In this document: in pieces, positions 1 through 8,031 of the stretch
Layout: every line of letters begins with the position of its first letter
How positions within the stretch are numbered: position 1 is the stretch's first letter
Origin: Alphaproteobacteria bacterium
GTDB taxonomy: Bacteria; Pseudomonadota; Alphaproteobacteria; Micavibrionales; Micavibrionaceae
DNA: 64,000 nucleotides
NCBI GenBank assembly: GCA_002401695.1
Contig: NVTV01000001.1
Location: 615,604 to 679,603 of the forward strand
Reading direction: 5' to 3'
Notes under the pieces: generated by a model
The model's input: the letters and a program-made list of their open reading frames with translations, nothing else
The model's database searches: none
Told to the model about the DNA's origin: nothing
Made by a program: the position numbers and the translations under genes

Positions 1-179
1 TTGTGCGCTACGTCAACAAAATTAAGCGTAACGCAGGTGATTGATATGATTTTTAGGCACCAATACATTGCCCACAGCGGCTATAACAATAACATTAAGG
101 CACACACCACGCGCCTCGCTGCCGCTCTTGCGATACATAATGTTTCCTATTAACGCGCTTTTTACGCGTTTAAGGAAAC

Positions 180-392
180 TTAATCAGGATCCATAAGCAT
201 CGCCAGTGCCGCATTTCGGTGTCCGGCGTTGATGCGCATAAACAGGGTGCGGGCGTTTTTAATGTCTTTGGGGTCTTCGCTCTCCACTGCGGCGCGCAGT
301 GCGACCACGGCCGGATCACCTTCGGATCCGATAAAGGCCAAGGCTCTGGCCAAACGTCCCATAGTTTCGATATCAATTTTTAACTCTGACAT
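180..392 (-). CDS. small hypothetical protein (70 aa)
   Basis: Internal ATG (MSELKIDIETMG...) of the 180..539 ORF has a GGAG Shine-Dalgarno at 403-406, 10 nt upstream. The longer N-terminal extension runs into the divergent promoter region. No family recognised. Confidence 0.45.
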   Translation of the reverse strand: MSELKIDIETMGRLARALAFIGSEGDPAVVALRAAVESEDPKDIKNARTLFMRINAGHRNAALAMLMDPD

Positions 393-474
393 AGTGTTCG
401 CGCTCCTTTTAACTTTGCAATATTGCACACCTATGGTACTCACACACATATCTTTTGTCCATCGGAGCCGTAAC

Positions 475-711
475 ATGAAACTCATCGCCCTAAATTTACC
501 TCGTGATCTTAGCGAGCAAGACATAGCCGAGCTTTTCAAAACTTATGGCAATATCAAGGCATGTACCCTTGTTCTAAATGAGGATAGCGGCAAGTCCAAG
601 GGCTTTGCCTTTGTGGAAATGGCGTTAGAGCATGAAGGCGAAATCGCGATTAAAGAGCTTCACGGCAGTAAAGTCGGCAAAAACAAAATCCGCGTCAAAC
701 AAGCCGATTAA
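475..711 (+). CDS. RRM-type RNA-binding protein (78 aa)
   Basis: MKLIALNLPRDLSEQDIAELF...KGFAFVEM...IRVKQA carries RNP2 (LIALNL) and RNP1 (KGFAFVEM) motifs. The ATG at 475 lies inside the longer 229..711 ORF, whose N-terminus is antisense to the neighbouring gene. Confidence 0.85.
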   Translation: MKLIALNLPRDLSEQDIAELFKTYGNIKACTLVLNEDSGKSKGFAFVEMALEHEGEIAIKELHGSKVGKNKIRVKQAD

Positions 712-780
712 CAGCAAAGACGAACATTACTAAGCCGTTTTTGGTACACTCCCGCATCATCAGACTTTTTGCTATGCTGT

Positions 781-1503
781 TTATTGAAAGAACGGTGAGT
801 GCATACCACGGCTTGCCTCTTCTACAACGCTGGCATCAAAAATACGCGTATAAACAGCAGCATTCATTTTCGCAGCAGTTTTCGGAAATTCCTCTATCGC
901 AAAATGCTTTGCATTCTCGATCGTATCAAACGCATAAAACCCACCGATTGTATTATTAACCCCACTAAGCCATGTCTTCGAAAGAAGGCCGGGTATTTTT
1001 TTCAATACAGGGTTGCGCTCTTGCCACGGAACATCCGCAAACAACAATGTAATTTGTAGCTCTGTATAAACAAAGGCTCCCGGCTTGGTCGGTATCGCGC
1101 CACCAAAATGCGGAGAATTCATATCGCGGCTCGCTTCCTCGGTAACAACAGCATCAAAAATACGAGTCGTATGGGCAACGCCTTGCTTACTAACCGCCTT
1201 AGGGAAAAATTCAGTGACATATTTTTGCGCATTTTCCATACTATCAAAGGAATAAATCCCGCCAACTGAATTATTACCAAGACCGGAAAGCCATGTTTTA
1301 CTAATGAAGCCCGCTTGTGAAGATATAACAGGATTACGTTTTGCCCACGGAATTTGACCAAACGGCACGGAGTTCTGCACCTCCGTATAAACGAAAGCCT
1401 TTGTCATTGGTATTTTCTCACCAACCTCTGCAAACGAAAGCTGCGGCATAAGGAACACTGTGGCAAAAAGAGTTATAAATTTTATGGCTATAGTGGGTTT
1501 CAT
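781..1503 (-). CDS. secreted protein with two tandem YdhR-like (dimeric alpha-beta barrel) domains
   Basis: Signal-peptide-like N-terminus (MKPTIAIKFITLFATVFLMPQLSFA). It is followed by two roughly 100-aa repeats sharing FVYTE.Q...F...PW..RNPV......G..SKTWLSG..N..GG.Y.FD..ENA......FPK....RIFDA.V.EEASR.M.SP.F. The G(F/L)xSKxW...GGIYxF core resembles E. coli YdhR. Confidence 0.65.
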   Translation of the reverse strand: MKPTIAIKFITLFATVFLMPQLSFAEVGEKIPMTKAFVYTEVQNSVPFGQIPWAKRNPVISSQAGFISKTWLSGLGNNSVGGIYSFDSMENAQKYVTEFFPKAVSKQGVAHTTRIFDAVVTEEASRDMNSPHFGGAIPTKPGAFVYTELQITLLFADVPWQERNPVLKKIPGLLSKTWLSGVNNTIGGFYAFDTIENAKHFAIEEFPKTAAKMNAAVYTRIFDASVVEEASRGMHSPFFQ

Positions 1504-1692
1504 TATCTCTACTTTTCTAATTGAAGATCATTACCCCCTACTTCGTGCGTGCGTCACCAAACGTTACTTTAATGGAGAAAGAAGAAACGTCAGATAACAC
1601 ATAACGCCATGCAATCACCACTTCACCGATCTTAAAAAATATTGCACCATAAGGAAATGTAACTTTCTTTGAAAACTTCAGAATTAAGCATA

Positions 1693-2628
1693 ATGAAAAC
1701 CGAAACAAAATTCTCCGATCCCACGATCACCGCCACGGGTGAAAAACGTGCATGGGTTGATCTGACCGCGCTGAAGACCTTGTGGTTTAACACGGGTACA
1801 TTGTGCAATTTGGCCTGCGTTAATTGTTATATTGAATCCACGCCCAAGAATGACGCATTGGTTTACCTGACCCACGGCGAAGTCATCACTTATCTGAATG
1901 AAATCGCAAAAGAAGACTACCCCACCGAAGAAATCGGCATTACAGGCGGGGAACCATTTATGAATCCTGACATCATTCCAATCATAGAGGAATGCCTTGA
2001 GCGTGGCTTCAAACTGCTGGTACTGACAAACGCCATGCGCCCCATGATGAAATACGAAGATGACCTGCTGCGCCTTAAAGATACGTACGCAAGCGCCCTG
2101 ACACTACGCATTTCAGTTGACCATTTCAAACGCGAGCGCCACGAGGAAGAGCGCGGCCCCAGATCTTGGGAACCAATGGTGCTGGGGCTAAAATGGCTGT
2201 CTAACCATGATTTCACAATCGACATTGCCGGACGCACCCTTTGGGGGGAAGAAGAAAGCGAATTACGACAAGGCTTTGATACCTTCCTAAAACAGCACAA
2301 TATTAAAATTGATGCTCACGATAAGAAACAACTGATGCTGTTCCCCGAGATGGATGAAAATGTGCCTGTGCCGGAAATTACAACAGCGTGCTGGGGCATT
2401 TTAAATGTTGATCCCGACGATATGATGTGTGCGTCATCACGTATGGTGGTTAAGCGTAAGGGCGATGAAAAACTCTCCGTTATGGCGTGTACGTTGCTGG
2501 CCTATGATCAGCAATTCAATATGGGGAAGAGCTTAAAAGAAGCCTCCAAGGCCATTCACTTGAACCATCCGCATTGCTCCAAATTCTGTGTTCTTGGCGG
2601 CGGTGCATGCTCGATCTCTGAGGCGTAA
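1693..2628 (+). CDS. arsS: radical SAM / Cys-rich domain protein, arsenosugar biosynthesis ArsS-like
   Basis: CNLACVNCY is a CxxxCxxC radical-SAM motif. The C-terminus is Cys-rich (HPHCSKFCVLGGGACS). The gene sits beside arsM and two glycosyltransferase-like genes. ATG 1693 is preferred over TTG 1669. Confidence 0.7.
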   Translation: MKTETKFSDPTITATGEKRAWVDLTALKTLWFNTGTLCNLACVNCYIESTPKNDALVYLTHGEVITYLNEIAKEDYPTEEIGITGGEPFMNPDIIPIIEECLERGFKLLVLTNAMRPMMKYEDDLLRLKDTYASALTLRISVDHFKRERHEEERGPRSWEPMVLGLKWLSNHDFTIDIAGRTLWGEEESELRQGFDTFLKQHNIKIDAHDKKQLMLFPEMDENVPVPEITTACWGILNVDPDDMMCASSRMVVKRKGDEKLSVMACTLLAYDQQFNMGKSLKEASKAIHLNHPHCSKFCVLGGGACSISEA

Positions 2629-2631
2629 AAA

Positions 2632-3291
2632 CTAGCCGTGCCGCGCGATACAGCGCCCACGCCCTTCAATCCATTCCAACAAATGCACTTGCCCCGCATT
2701 CATATCCGCGGGCATTTCATCACCTATATATTGCAAATCATCTTCCCGATCTACATCCGTTAGCATAGGCAAAGCAGCAGGACGCGAAGGCAATACAGCC
2801 TCAAGCCTTTCGCGCGTCATACTCGTGCTCCACGGCACTGAAGTCCATATTTTCAAATCAGTTGAGACCCGCCCACCGAAAAGATAATATCCCCCGTCAC
2901 GCGCAGGCCCAATCGTGAAATCATGCATATCCAGAGCAATAACCGCCCTTTCCATGATTTCAGTTGAAATCTGCGGCGCGTCTGCACCGATAAGAACAAC
3001 CCGATCATGCTTCTGCAACAACGTCTCATAAATATGATGCTGGCGCGCGCCCAAACAGCCATCCCCCGTGTGAAGATTAGGGAAGTCCTGCCACAAAGGA
3101 TCACCAACGCCGTCCTCCTCCGCCACCGCCCAATACGCGGTAACATCCAAAGCCTTCACCGTTTCCGCAACCGCCTTAACGCTGTGGTCATAAAACGCCT
3201 GCGCCGCCGCATCACCTATCCCCGCTGCCAGCCGCGTTTTAACAGGCGAAAGCGTTGGCGTTTTCACAAAGATCGCAACCCCTGTACTCAT
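2632..3291 (-). CDS. DUF2064 / TIGR04282-type glycosyltransferase-like protein
   Basis: N-terminus VAIFVKTPTLSPVKTRLAAGIG is typical of DUF2064. ATG 3291 overlaps the upstream stop as ATGA (3288..3291). Confidence 0.65.
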   Translation of the reverse strand: MSTGVAIFVKTPTLSPVKTRLAAGIGDAAAQAFYDHSVKAVAETVKALDVTAYWAVAEEDGVGDPLWQDFPNLHTGDGCLGARQHHIYETLLQKHDRVVLIGADAPQISTEIMERAVIALDMHDFTIGPARDGGYYLFGGRVSTDLKIWTSVPWSTSMTRERLEAVLPSRPAALPMLTDVDREDDLQYIGDEMPADMNAGQVHLLEWIEGRGRCIARHG

Positions 3292-3881
3292 AATTTCTGT
3301 CCCATTAATTTTAACATCTGCCATTGCCGCAAAACCGTTAGCTTTAGCCAGCCATGTTGCTGATATTTACGCGCACTGGTTAGCAGCTTTGACGGCACGC
3401 GGTTCAGCGTGATGCCCGATTGTTTGGCCAAACGAACAAACAGTAAATCCTCTCCATACGGCGCGTTCTCGGGATAGCCGCCAATATCATCAAAGACAGC
3501 TTTCGAAAGACAAAAACCCTGATCGCCATAAGGCAATCCAAACACGCGGGTGCGAATATTCGCACCCCATGCATTAAGCGCAGGCAAGCCGCCCTCCTCA
3601 TAAGCCAAATCAAAATAATGTAACACCTGAGCGTAATTTTCGATGGCCTGCGCCAAAGCGGCTATATTCTCTGCGCTGACACGGCTATCGGCATGTAAGA
3701 ACCATAGGAACGGTTGACTGGCTTTTGCGGCGCCTTTATTCAGGCTTTTCGCACGCGAACCTTCAGAGGACAGAATAATCTCACACTCCAGCCCCTTCAA
3801 ATCATCCAGCAATCGTTCATGCGCCGTTTCACCACCCGCAACAGGAATAATAATACTAACCTGTGCAAGCATCTCCGCCAT
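3288..3881 (-). CDS. family-2 glycosyltransferase-like protein (TIGR04283-type)
   Basis: VSIIIPV...LWFLHADSRV is GT2-like. The gene starts directly after the arsM stop (3882..3884) and is translationally coupled to the DUF2064 gene. Confidence 0.65.
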   Translation of the reverse strand: MAEMLAQVSIIIPVAGGETAHERLLDDLKGLECEIILSSEGSRAKSLNKGAAKASQPFLWFLHADSRVSAENIAALAQAIENYAQVLHYFDLAYEEGGLPALNAWGANIRTRVFGLPYGDQGFCLSKAVFDDIGGYPENAPYGEDLLFVRLAKQSGITLNRVPSKLLTSARKYQQHGWLKLTVLRQWQMLKLMGQKL

Positions 3882-4910
3882 TCAACAACATGCCTCGGAC
3901 TCGACAGCACCAGAGCCACACTCAAACACGCCATAATGCGTTGAAAAATCGCCATCAATTCTAAAATGATCTTTAAAGCGTGTCTGGCTCAACATATTTG
4001 CCGTATTGCCACAAACTGGCACTGGCACACCAGTTTTAAATTCATAATTATCATCCAGAATGAAACTGTGCGGGCATTCGGCAATTGTGCCTTTGTAATA
4101 CGCAACATGGCCATAATTCTCGCAAATATCTTCCAGCTCAACTTTAAAAGCGCGCATGGTCATAGAATAAAAATCAATCATGCCCACTTTTTGCGCAACA
4201 TCAGCATCATCAAGCGTTAACTGACGCTTAGATGTCACGCGCGTATCGGGAATGCCGATATCTGTCATCATGCGGCGGAAATCCTCGGTATACATTGCCC
4301 CGCCAAGACATTCGCCCAGCAGGATTTTATCGCTCATCAAAGCCTTAGGAATACGCCGCCCCGAAAACACATCAGAGAAATACAACTCTCCGCCCGGTTT
4401 CAAAACACGGTAAATTTCCTTAAATACTCTTTCCTTGTCGGGAGACAGATTAATGACGCAGTTAGAGATAACGATATCGACACTGTTATCTTCTATGCCT
4501 GCAGTGCTTAAATCCTCAATAAAGCCCTTCACAAACTCAACATTCGGTTTGCTGTAACCAAATTTATCCATGTGCCAGCCAACGTACTGATTGGCCACGG
4601 AAAGCTGCTCGTCTGTCATATCAACGCCAATAACGCGCCCCTTCTCACCCACAATCTGGCTGAGCAAATAAGCATCACGCCCCGAACCGCAACCCAAATC
4701 AAGCACCGTGCAACCTTCCGCCGCCAAAGGCAAAGGCGAACCACAGCCATAAAACTTGGCCTGCACCGTATCATGTACGTTTTTCAATAAAGCCTGTACG
4801 CGTGCGGGTGGTGCTTCCAACGGGCAACACGCACTGGTCTTCAGATCCTCAGTGGTCTCTAAAACTTTTCCGTAGTAATCCTGAACATCATCGAGTGTTT
4901 GTTGCGACAT
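3882..4910 (-). CDS. arsM: arsenite S-adenosylmethionine methyltransferase
   Basis: SAM-binding motif VLDLGCGSGRD. Conserved Cys positions of ArsM/AS3MT are present (SACCP, YGCGSP, SNCVINL, GECLGGA), with a Cys-rich C-terminus. Confidence 0.8.
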   Translation of the reverse strand: MSQQTLDDVQDYYGKVLETTEDLKTSACCPLEAPPARVQALLKNVHDTVQAKFYGCGSPLPLAAEGCTVLDLGCGSGRDAYLLSQIVGEKGRVIGVDMTDEQLSVANQYVGWHMDKFGYSKPNVEFVKGFIEDLSTAGIEDNSVDIVISNCVINLSPDKERVFKEIYRVLKPGGELYFSDVFSGRRIPKALMSDKILLGECLGGAMYTEDFRRMMTDIGIPDTRVTSKRQLTLDDADVAQKVGMIDFYSMTMRAFKVELEDICENYGHVAYYKGTIAECPHSFILDDNYEFKTGVPVPVCGNTANMLSQTRFKDHFRIDGDFSTHYGVFECGSGAVESEACC

Positions 4911-5088
4911 ATTTTCTCCTTAGTCTAAGCTAATCATTTTGTGCTATCTTCTTGAAGAAGAGTCAAAATAGAATTCAATCATAATGGTTCGTGTTTGAAA
5001 GCCAAAGGTTACAAATATTGTTTTGTAACCTCACCTCACAGTAACTCGAATATTAATACAAATCATTCTGATAAGATATTGGTAACTT

Positions 5089-6507
5089 ATGAAGATAAAA
5101 AACCTGAAACGCTGGCTGCCTCTCGTTGTGATAACTCTATTAATGGTTATCGCCTATGCATCGGGGCTGCATGAGAAACTCTCCTTACATGCACTTCAGG
5201 AAAATAAAGACACGATGCTGAACATGGTCGCAGAACGCCCTATTCTAACGGCTGTTGGCTTTATGGCCGTCTACATCATATTCGTTGCGCTATCCTTGCC
5301 CGCCGCCACATTATTGACGCTGATGGGTGGGTTTTTGTTCGGGACATGGCTAGGCACACTATATGTCGTCACCGCCGCCACCATTGGCGCGACCATTATT
5401 TTCCTCATCGCCAAAACCTCACTTGGCGTGACATTGCGCGAAAAGGCAGGCGGCATGTATAAACGCATTGAAGACAATATGAAGGATAATGCAACAGGCT
5501 ATCTGTTATTCATGCGGCTTATTCCTGTCTTTCCATTTTTTCTGGTGAATATCGTACCCGCTCTGTTCAATGTAAAGCCAAGGATATTCATCCTAACAAC
5601 CTTCTTCGGCATTATCCCCGGCAGTTTCGTTTACGTGAATCTAGGGCAACAATTAGCGGATATCGAAAGCCTCAATGATTTGATTTCTATACAAACGCTT
5701 TTGGCTTTTTCTCTGCTGGGCTTATTCGCTTTAATTCCTACGCTTTATAAACAGCTCAAAAACCGTAAAACCTCTGTCGCGCTGGTGGTGGCTTGCCTGT
5801 TAGCTTTTCCGCAAAATAGCCACGCGGGGGCGGAGTATCAAAAATTCCTGTCTCTTTATGATAGCTTGCTAAGTGCGTATGTAACCCCCGTTAAAACGGG
5901 CAACATTGCCTATAACGGTGTGAATTATGATAGCTGGGCATCCGACCAAAGGCACAAGCAAGCTCTCGCTCTATTGCTGGCAGAAGATCCGAACGCCTAT
6001 CAAGACAACGACGAAAAAGCCTTTTGGATCAACGCCTATAATTTTCTAACCATTGAATTGATCGTGCGAGAAAATGAGCGCAGCAGCATTAAAAACCTAG
6101 GCTCTCTCTTCACCAACCCTTGGAAAAAACATTCATGGGCATTGGCCAAGCACCATTACACACTGAATCATATCGAACATAAAATTTTGCGCCCGATGAA
6201 CGATGCCCGCATCCATTTCGCCATCAACTGCGCCTCTATCTCCTGCCCCGATTTACAGGATGAATCCTATAGAGCAGAAAATTTGAACGCTCAGCTTAAC
6301 GATCAAGTGCGCCTCACACTTAACAACGCGGGCAAAGGCTTACATATTGGAAATGATACTATTTATGTCAGTAAAATTTTCAAATGGTTTGCAGCGGATT
6401 TTAAAAATGGCGACATCAAAGGCTGGCTTACAGATTATCAACCCATCAATCAAAACCATGATCTGAGATTCATGGAATATGATTGGTCACTCAACAAGAT
6501 GAATTAA
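5089..6507 (+). CDS. TVP38/TMEM64 (DedA-like) membrane domain fused to DUF547
   Basis: The N-terminal roughly 230 aa are multi-TM with a SNARE-associated/DedA-like pattern (LIPVFPFFLVN, IPGSFVYV). The C-terminus has the DUF547 hallmark EKAFWINAYNFLTIELIV...HFAINCASISCP. Confidence 0.7.
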   Translation: MKIKNLKRWLPLVVITLLMVIAYASGLHEKLSLHALQENKDTMLNMVAERPILTAVGFMAVYIIFVALSLPAATLLTLMGGFLFGTWLGTLYVVTAATIGATIIFLIAKTSLGVTLREKAGGMYKRIEDNMKDNATGYLLFMRLIPVFPFFLVNIVPALFNVKPRIFILTTFFGIIPGSFVYVNLGQQLADIESLNDLISIQTLLAFSLLGLFALIPTLYKQLKNRKTSVALVVACLLAFPQNSHAGAEYQKFLSLYDSLLSAYVTPVKTGNIAYNGVNYDSWASDQRHKQALALLLAEDPNAYQDNDEKAFWINAYNFLTIELIVRENERSSIKNLGSLFTNPWKKHSWALAKHHYTLNHIEHKILRPMNDARIHFAINCASISCPDLQDESYRAENLNAQLNDQVRLTLNNAGKGLHIGNDTIYVSKIFKWFAADFKNGDIKGWLTDYQPINQNHDLRFMEYDWSLNKMN

Positions 6508-6508
6508 C

Positions 6509-7942
6509 ATGACAAAAGAAATCAAAGTAGATTTATGTATTATTGGCGCAGGCTCCGGCGGTTTAAGCGTCGCAGCAGGCGCCGCGCAGCTTGGTCTTGA
6601 AACCGTGTTGTTAGAACGCGCAGAGATGGGCGGTGATTGCCTGAATACGGGATGTGTCCCCTCCAAAGCCCTACTCGCCGCAGGAAAGCGCGCACAAGCC
6701 CACCGCAAAAGCGACATCAAAGGCATTGCCCCCCATGAACCGGATATCGATTTTTCCGCCGTTAAGGATCACGTCTTCGAGACCATAAGAACCATCGCGC
6801 CCAATGACTCGCCCGAGCGTTTCAGAGATCTTGGCGTCAATGTAATATTAGAGGAAGGCCGCTTCATCGCGCCCGATACAATTCAGGCGGGTGAGCATAT
6901 CATTACGGCGCGGTACTTCATTATTGCCACAGGATCACGCGCAGTTGTGCCGCCTATCCTCGGCCTCGATAAAGACAAAGTTTTCACCAACGAAACAATC
7001 TTTGCTTTACGAGAAAAACCCGATCACCTCCTGATTATTGGCGGCGGTCCGATTGGCGTTGAAATGGCGCAAGCACATCGCCGTTTAGGCTGTGAGGTGA
7101 GTGTCTTTGATATGGGCGAAATCCTACCCCGCGATGACCAAAGTAATGTCGATATTGTCCGCAAAGCATTGCTTGATGAAGGCATTGGGTTACACGAAAA
7201 CATCTCCGTCAAAGAAGTCATTCATGGCGCGAATGATATCACCATTATCATTGAAAAAGACGGTGAAGAGCAAAAGATCACCGGCTCTCACCTTCTGATC
7301 GCCGCAGGACGTGCGCCAAATATAGAAACGCTCAATCTGGATAAAGCCGACATTATTCACGATAAAAAAGGCATCACGGTTGATCCGCATTTACGAACCT
7401 CCACCAAGAACATATTCGCAATCGGCGATGTCGCAGGCGGGCCGCAATTCACCCATGTTGCGGGTTATCACGCGGGCATCATTATCAAGCAAGTCTGCTT
7501 TAAAATGTTTTGGGCGAAAGTGGATTATAAAGCTCTGCCATGGGTGACCTATACTGATCCTGAACTGGCACAAGTCGGCTTAACCGAAACCGCCGCCCGT
7601 GAAAAACACGGTGGCAACATTAAAATCACCTCATGGCATTTCGATGAGAATGACCGCGCCATTTCAGAGCGAATAACCACAGGGGAAATCCGCGTTGTGA
7701 CCAATAAAAAAGGCATTATCCTCGGCGCATCTATCGTCGGACCACAAGCAGGTGAGCTGATCGGCCTATGGGCATTAGCAATCTCTTCCGGCCTTAAAAT
7801 CAGTGCCATAACAGGTATGATTGCGCCCTATCCGACACTCGGCGAAATCAGCAAACGCGCGGCCAGTGCATGGTACACACCCAGCCTGTTTAGTGACAAA
7901 ACGCGAAAAGTCGTAAAGCTGCTGCAAAAACTGCCTCTTTAG
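6509..7942 (+). CDS. pyridine nucleotide-disulfide oxidoreductase (dihydrolipoyl dehydrogenase / mercuric-reductase-like family)
   Basis: FAD motif IIGAGSGG, redox-active disulfide GGDCLNTGCVPSK, second Rossmann motif IIGGGPIGVEMA, and a dimerisation domain with HPTLGE-like YPTLGE. No NmerA domain and no C-terminal Cys pair, so it is not called MerA. Confidence 0.85.
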   Translation: MTKEIKVDLCIIGAGSGGLSVAAGAAQLGLETVLLERAEMGGDCLNTGCVPSKALLAAGKRAQAHRKSDIKGIAPHEPDIDFSAVKDHVFETIRTIAPNDSPERFRDLGVNVILEEGRFIAPDTIQAGEHIITARYFIIATGSRAVVPPILGLDKDKVFTNETIFALREKPDHLLIIGGGPIGVEMAQAHRRLGCEVSVFDMGEILPRDDQSNVDIVRKALLDEGIGLHENISVKEVIHGANDITIIIEKDGEEQKITGSHLLIAAGRAPNIETLNLDKADIIHDKKGITVDPHLRTSTKNIFAIGDVAGGPQFTHVAGYHAGIIIKQVCFKMFWAKVDYKALPWVTYTDPELAQVGLTETAAREKHGGNIKITSWHFDENDRAISERITTGEIRVVTNKKGIILGASIVGPQAGELIGLWALAISSGLKISAITGMIAPYPTLGEISKRAASAWYTPSLFSDKTRKVVKLLQKLPL

Positions 7943-8031
7943 GTTTACTGCTTCTACGTTCTATAGAATGTTGATTTTGCCATTTCCGCCATAATGTCGC
8001 GGTTGGGTTGGTCGCAGGAATAATCCAGACG

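Noticed and set aside
22-138. 38-aa minus-strand ORF (MYRKSGSEARGVCLNVIVIAAVGNVLVPKNHINHLRYA) with an AGGAAA upstream of its ATG.
   Set aside because: It is too short, has no recognisable family and sits at the window edge. It cannot be supported from sequence alone.
152-170. Short hairpin AACGCG-CTTTTTA-CGCGTT downstream of the 180..392 gene, considered as a rho-independent terminator.
   Set aside because: It has only a 6-bp stem and no U-run on the minus-strand transcript.
229-474. N-terminal 82 codons of the 229..711 ORF.
   Set aside because: They are antisense to the 180..392 gene and have no RRM-related sequence. The RRM protein starts naturally at ATG 475.
6509-7942. Possible mercuric reductase MerA.
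   Set aside because: It has no N-terminal HMA (NmerA) domain and no C-terminal Cys-Cys pair, and no mer genes lie nearby. Only the generic CxxxxC flavoprotein family is supported.
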